Shown in pieces: positions 59,002-64,000 of a stretch of 64,000 bases of DNA. A model generated the notes under the pieces. It did not search any database. It saw nothing but the letters and a program-made list of their open reading frames with translations, and was not told where the DNA came from. A program made the translations under genes and the position numbers. Position 1 is the first letter of the stretch; every line of letters starts with the position of its first letter. Source of the stretch: Curvularia clavata (taxonomy: Eukaryota); NCBI GenBank assembly GCA_023920165.1, contig CP089279.1, forward strand, positions 1,116,001-1,180,000. The letters are read 5' to 3'.

Positions 59002-60339
59002 ATGTTACCGGAATACCCGAAAGCTAGCCTCGGTGGCATCCCAGAAGAAATCCTTGTCAACATCGCAACACGTCTGCGGTATAACCGAGATGCTTTGGCT
59101 AAGCTTTGTCGTACCGACAAACGCTGCAGACGGATTGCAGAAGCGGTATTGTACGAGTGTATAGGTCCTTGGCACTCGAATGACCACGAGGAGGCACATG
59201 CAATTTCTCGCTGGCCGGCGCTTGCGACTAATGTGCGGGCCTGTTCATACGATTTTGACAGTAAACTCGAGAAAGAGTCGGACAGGGACGCGTACATTGA
59301 TGTTCTCGAAAATGCTCACAACATCCAAGACCTAAAATGGTCAGATGGTTACTTCAGGTTTAAGCAGCGGGAAATGGCATATAGACGAACTTGTCTCGAC
59401 TTTCTCTACAAAACTGTCGCCTTGTTCAACAAAGCTGTCAACCAGCCATTCGGGGCTCACAACCGTTTCAAGCAGCTCAAGAATATTGAGATTGCTGTTC
59501 ACAGCCTTCCTGATGGCCAACGTTTTCCAATGGAAACGTTGTCCAGCTTGTTTCAGCTTCCATCCCTAACCAGTCTCTGTCTACAGGGTTTAAATCAAGT
59601 AAAACCGCTTAGAAACTGGACCGTACCGCCCTCGACTTCCCCTATCAGAAAACTCGGTTTATGGAGTGATTTGATGGACATCACTGCCATAACACAGATC
59701 ATCGCCTCAATAAAGACTCTGGAGACTTTTGAGTACAACTATTCTCAGATTTTATGGGAGCCCTCCGGAACAGAAGACGACCAGTCTTCAACCCCGCCCA
59801 AGCATTCATGGAAACTTCTAGGCCAAGCAATGTGCCAACACCGTGACTGTCTCAACAATTTGCTCCTTGTACCTATTTGCTTTCCAAGGTTCCCCTCCAG
59901 TAAAAGAGACCAAGGTGTCTTGGGCTCTTTTGCTGACTTTTCAAAGCTGAAGCAAATGCACGTTCCCTTTGAAGCTCTCTTTCACGCCGATGCAAGCGAG
60001 GACGATCTTTTAACATACCTTCCCGAACAGCTGGAAACCTTCACGACCAGAGTCCTATCAAAAGACACGAATACTATAATATCTTGTCTTTCGATGATGG
60101 AGAGCCTGTGGAGACATAGACATGATCGTTATATTGACCTTTCTTTCCATTTTACGAGAGTGCGAGGATCCCACTTGCGCAAATCGCCTCATCTTTTCGA
60201 AGCTTTGAAGTTACTACATGCTTCTGACGTGCAAAATTACGTAAAAGTTGACTTCGAAACTTTCTCTCTATATCATGTATTAGAGCCAGATCTCCTAGAA
60301 GAGAGTTCTGAAGAGGAGGAAGAGCAGGGAGAAGACTAA
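59002..60339 (+). CDS. F-box domain protein with LRR-like repeats and an acidic tail
   Basis: LGGIPEEILVNIATRL...LAKLCRTDKRCRRIAEAVLY is an F-box pattern; LRR-like segments LPSLTSLCL, IRKLGL, IKTLETFEY, FSKLKQMHV, LPEQLETF. Probable 5' UTR intron near 58777-58833. Confidence 0.82.
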   Translation: MLPEYPKASLGGIPEEILVNIATRLRYNRDALAKLCRTDKRCRRIAEAVLYECIGPWHSNDHEEAHAISRWPALATNVRACSYDFDSKLEKESDRDAYIDVLENAHNIQDLKWSDGYFRFKQREMAYRRTCLDFLYKTVALFNKAVNQPFGAHNRFKQLKNIEIAVHSLPDGQRFPMETLSSLFQLPSLTSLCLQGLNQVKPLRNWTVPPSTSPIRKLGLWSDLMDITAITQIIASIKTLETFEYNYSQILWEPSGTEDDQSSTPPKHSWKLLGQAMCQHRDCLNNLLLVPICFPRFPSSKRDQGVLGSFADFSKLKQMHVPFEALFHADASEDDLLTYLPEQLETFTTRVLSKDTNTIISCLSMMESLWRHRHDRYIDLSFHFTRVRGSHLRKSPHLFEALKLLHASDVQNYVKVDFETFSLYHVLEPDLLEESSEEEEEQGED

Positions 60340-60578
60340 AACAACAATGACAACGAAGAAAATGGCCACCTTGAGGATGAGGATGAGGATGGGGATGTTG
60401 AGGAGTCGGCAGAACCGTCTACATATGCTCACTGAGTTCAGCAGTAAGACCGCCTCGGGGCAGTCCTGCAGTATGTAGAAGACTGAGACATAGCCGAAAC
60501 CAGTCAACTTTCAATATCTTGAGCCCTTGTAACTTTCAAGTTCACATGTCAATGCCACAGACCATGCGTTCTCTTAGC

Positions 60579-62424
60579 CTACAAAACCTCCTCTACAATC
60601 TTCATTATCTCCACTAGCTCCTCGTCCATCATGCTCTTCCCCACAATCTGTACCGTCGTTGGCAAACCCTCAGACTCTTCTGGATTATCTATCGTCACGT
60701 TAGCCCACACCCACACTATTCACATTTCTTTCACGCTCCAAGCCAAGAAACCTAATCGAACAAGACTTACATGGGGGCTCATACACCACACCCTCCTTCA
60801 AGAACTCCTTATCTTGCTCCTTCTCAGCCTTGCCCACCTTCAAGATGCCACTCGGATAGTTAAGCAAATTGACAACAACCGTATAAACCGGGACACCATA
60901 AGCGTCGTGTTTCGGCGCCACCGCTTGATATCCCGGCATGAGAATTGCATCGAGCCCATTATCCGCCGTGCCTCCCTCCGCACGGTCCCCGACCATGAGC
61001 TTATGGTATTGCTTCAATATACGGGCCTTCTCCACATTCATATCCCATAGCTCATCCAGACTCGCCTTCCAGTCCTTCAGCTCGGGGAAACTGCATGCCG
61101 CGAGCGACGGCACATGGGGCTCGCCACTGGCATTGATGAATTGAGAAGACGTCTTGCGCGGATCAAGCATGAGATGTTTCCATGCCGACAAAGCTGTCTG
61201 ATATAGATCGGGTGTCTTTTCGTCCAAGAGCACAATCTCATGTCCTTTGCTCTTCAGCTTCATGGCTGTAGTGTGCAGAGCGCGGGCGACCGGGGGGTGT
61301 AGCGGTCGTTCCTTGCAGCCTCTGATGAGGCCGAAGCGCAGAGGTCTTGTCGGGGGCTGCACAGTACGCCAAGGAACATTTATACTGTTCTCATCGAGGT
61401 GCCAGGGCTGTGTCCCCATTACGGATGTCATGAATAGGGAAAAGTCGCGGACTGAACGGCCACATGGTCCAATGACCGCAGGGATTCCGCCAGGATTGCC
61501 GAGACGACCGACGGCTGCTCCGCCAGCAAATGGTACACGGCCCGCGGTGGGTTTGAGAGATGCACCGCCATTGCAAATGGCGGGAATGCGGTTGGAGCCA
61601 GCAACATCCGTTGCTACGCCCAGTACACTGCCACTCATAGCGAGGAGAGCGCCTTCGCCGCCAGTAGAGCCACCGGCGGTGTGAGACAGTTTGGTGGGGT
61701 TTAGGGTTCGTCCAAAAATGTTGTTGTGGCTATCTGCTGACATCATGGCCTGAGGGAGATTGGTCTTGCAATAGAAGACGGCGCCCAGAGAGTGTAGGAC
61801 GGTCACCAAGGCAGAGTTCGAGGCAGCTGGGGGGTGTGCGATGAAAGATACATAACCAATTGTTGTTTGTACGCCTCGAACATTGAAAGAGTCCTATCAT
61901 GACGATTTAGCAAGATGTACGTGTAACTGTTTTGGCATACTAAAGTCTGCGTGTTGAAGGGCATGCCAGAATGCCTGCTGTCTGCGAATCATACACACCT
62001 TCAAACTGATAGGTAGCCCATGGAGTGGCCCCAATACCTTTCCCTCTTTCTGTAGATACTCATCGCACTCCTTTGCCCTAGCCAAAGCCTCATCAAACAT
62101 AATCTCCGTCAAGCAACTCACACACTGCTGTGCCACAGCCGCCCGTTTACAAAACGCCGTTACCACTTCCACACTCTTGACTTGACCCTCAGCCATCATC
62201 CTCACCAGATCAGTCGCATCGTAGTTTTCTGTGAGATCCAACTCTTTCTCGCTCAAAATGCCACATGTCCGCGGTACATCCAGCACAGAGATGTCAGCGG
62301 TCTCGGTATATTGAGATGTCTGAGAGGCAGGGAGAAGCCACTCTTTCGGTATTTTGGCGAAACAAGCTTCGCGCTTTGACTTAGCTAGTTCCTGCCAGTC
62401 GGCTATCGGTGTTGCAGTTGTCAT
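60579..62424 (-). CDS. Amidase-signature family enzyme (acetamidase/general amidase), 3 exons
   Basis: GPLHGLPISLK|DSF (catalytic Lys), YCKTNLPQ, FGRTLNP, GGSTGGEGAL (cis-Ser), ATDVAGSNRIPA (nucleophile Ser). Introns near 61894-61998 and 60690-60770; last exon ends EEVL-TAG at 60579. Confidence 0.92.
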
Positions 62425-62934
62425 GTTGGTGTTAGTCTGCGGTGATGTTTACAGACTAAGCGAGGGTATAGATCAACAAGGGTATAGTTGTGTATAATGT
62501 TGTTTGGAACGCTAAGGGTTTGGCGACATCCAGAATGCAGGCAGATATATGCGGGAAACAACGCTATGATATAGAAGACACGAACGTATCTTATTGTCTC
62601 CTGGTCATGAGGGGAAATATGGGGAGCCGGCCGAGAATGCCGATCGGAACACTACTCGGGATAAGTCAAAGGGTGGGGTAGTGTGGGTATGCTGGAGTAG
62701 TGCAACATGAAGTGGGCAGGTGTCTCGGTGCATGCTTACTGCATTTACGGCTTGTCACCAACATCGGATGTCAGAACAGTTCGGCTGTATCCCAGTTTAC
62801 AACATAAATTATTCCTACCCTCGGCCGACCCTGACCAAACGCCCGTCAGCACAAATGCTGGTCAAGATATTGTTCCAGAACTAAACCAATTGACAAATGT
62901 TGTTCGTTAAGCTTGCTGATATGAAAGTGGTGTC

Positions 62935-63714
62935 TTAATCTCTCCGTCTTTCGCTTCTCTCATATGGCGACCTGCTCCGAGTCTCTCTGTGACGTCTGCG
63001 ATCCTTCGAGCGTGACCTTGACCGCCTTTCATCTGCGCCATGTTCCCGCTTTCGTTCAGGGCGGTCTTCTCGTCGCCTGTGCTCACGGCTCCTTGACCGG
63101 TGCCTACGTCGGTCGCCTCGATCCTCGTCTCTCCGCCTATCGCGCGAGCGTGAACGATCTCGATGTCTATGGCGTCGCTCTCGGTCTCGCGAACGACTCC
63201 GCGTTCGATGGCGTCTCCTTCGCTCTCCATCCTCATCTCGGTGTCTTCTGGAACGCTCTTTCTTCTCCTTACTCTTCGCCCGTTCTTCATCCTCGCCGTC
63301 CTTCGCCTTTTCCTCCAATTTGTCCTTGACATCAGCTTCATGCGCCTTTTCTCCCAGCGGCGTTAGGTTTGCATTGTTCCGTACTGGCACTGGAAGGCCC
63401 ATGGCAGCAAGCATCGCGTCTTCCTCTGCCTCTTTCAGTTTGCGCTTCTCTTCTCTGAGACGCGCCGCCTCAGCCTCTTTCGAATCGGCATCGCCTTTTG
63501 CGTACCAGTTCAGATCTCGCCCTTGTTGCCAGCGCCCTACTGGCGCCATGACTGAGTGGCCCAGGTAGTTCTCGCGTTGCGCATCATTCTTGACATCCTC
63601 CCATTTGAAGTCGCCGCGACCGCCTCTAAGCAATAGTTAGCTAAATTCAACAAATATAAGATATCGTATTTCTTACCGACTACCTTGCTTGCGCACAGTT
63701 TGAACGAGATCCAT
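62935..63714 (-). CDS. Multiple myeloma tumor-associated protein 2 (MMTAG2) homolog with RS/RD-rich tail, 2 exons
   Basis: [25 protein letters not shown]...[27 protein letters not shown]; intron 63626-63676. Confidence 0.9.
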
Positions 63715-63896
63715 GATGATGGCAGGTGTTGAAAATGATTAGAGTCAGGAACGAGACTTCGATGGTGAAAGTTGCGGGCAACGCGGAGGTGAGAGGCCCG
63801 AGCTTCCTAGCTCTTCCCCACGCGACCGCGGTCCAGCTTCAAAGAAGTACACTCAACACACAGCTTCTTGCACTCATACGAACAAGGACCGCCGAA

Positions 63897-64000
63897 ATGC
63901 CTCCACCACTACCACCTCCAGATGAACAAGAATTCGACCAGCCCCAGCTTATCGGTGGCCTGCCCACGCCCGACCTACACGCCGGAAACAACCTCTTCTG
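63897..64000 (+). CDS. 5' end of an unidentified gene running off the window (MPPPLPPPDEQEFDQPQLIGGLPTPDL...)
   Basis: ATG in GAAATG context, open frame to the window edge, head-to-head with the MMTAG2-like gene across about 180 bp. Confidence 0.55.
   Translation, partial: MPPPLPPPDEQEFDQPQLIGGLPTPDLHAGNNLF

Noticed and set aside
61610..61680. Amidase GGSTGG and GSNR variants as a sign of inactivity
   Set aside because: The catalytic Lys, cis-Ser and nucleophile Ser are all retained; the variation is within the normal range for the family.
8950..62424. Apparent frameshifts or split ORFs in the carboxypeptidase, PUF3, QIP, zinc-finger and amidase genes
   Set aside because: Each break is bridged by an intron with donor, branch and acceptor signals that restores the frame; these are not pseudogenes or programmed frameshifts.

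Overview
This is gene-dense eukaryotic DNA from a filamentous ascomycete. The short GT-AG introns with CTRAC branch points and the protein sequences look Dothideomycete/Pleosporales-like; the taxon is an inference. I can support about 22 complete protein-coding genes, one partial gene at the right edge and one intron-containing tRNA-Ile(AAU). Housekeeping genes include RRP36, GPI13, EFR3, BOR1, a PUF3-type Pumilio protein, the QIP RNAi exonuclease, a SPATA20/YyaL protein, an M28 carboxypeptidase, an amidase, an MMTAG2 homolog and an ING-like PHD protein. Most split ORFs in the six-frame track are explained by introns. The best leads are: (1) an accessory-looking pair of an RxxxxH/HEPN-like protein and an F-box protein (56.1-60.4 kb); (2) a PR-1/CAP gene whose signal-peptide region appears destroyed by RIP-type transitions; (3) a small membrane protein combining a calcineurin PxIxIT site with two Rsp5-type LPxY motifs; (4) a disordered protein with two MAPK docking motifs (Dig1-like candidate); (5) a probable deaminase-family relative lacking its catalytic core; (6) a GC-AG intron; (7) a divergent mitochondrial IF3-like protein. 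I see no CRISPR array, rRNA or intact transposon. Family assignments come from motif recognition by eye, not from database searches.
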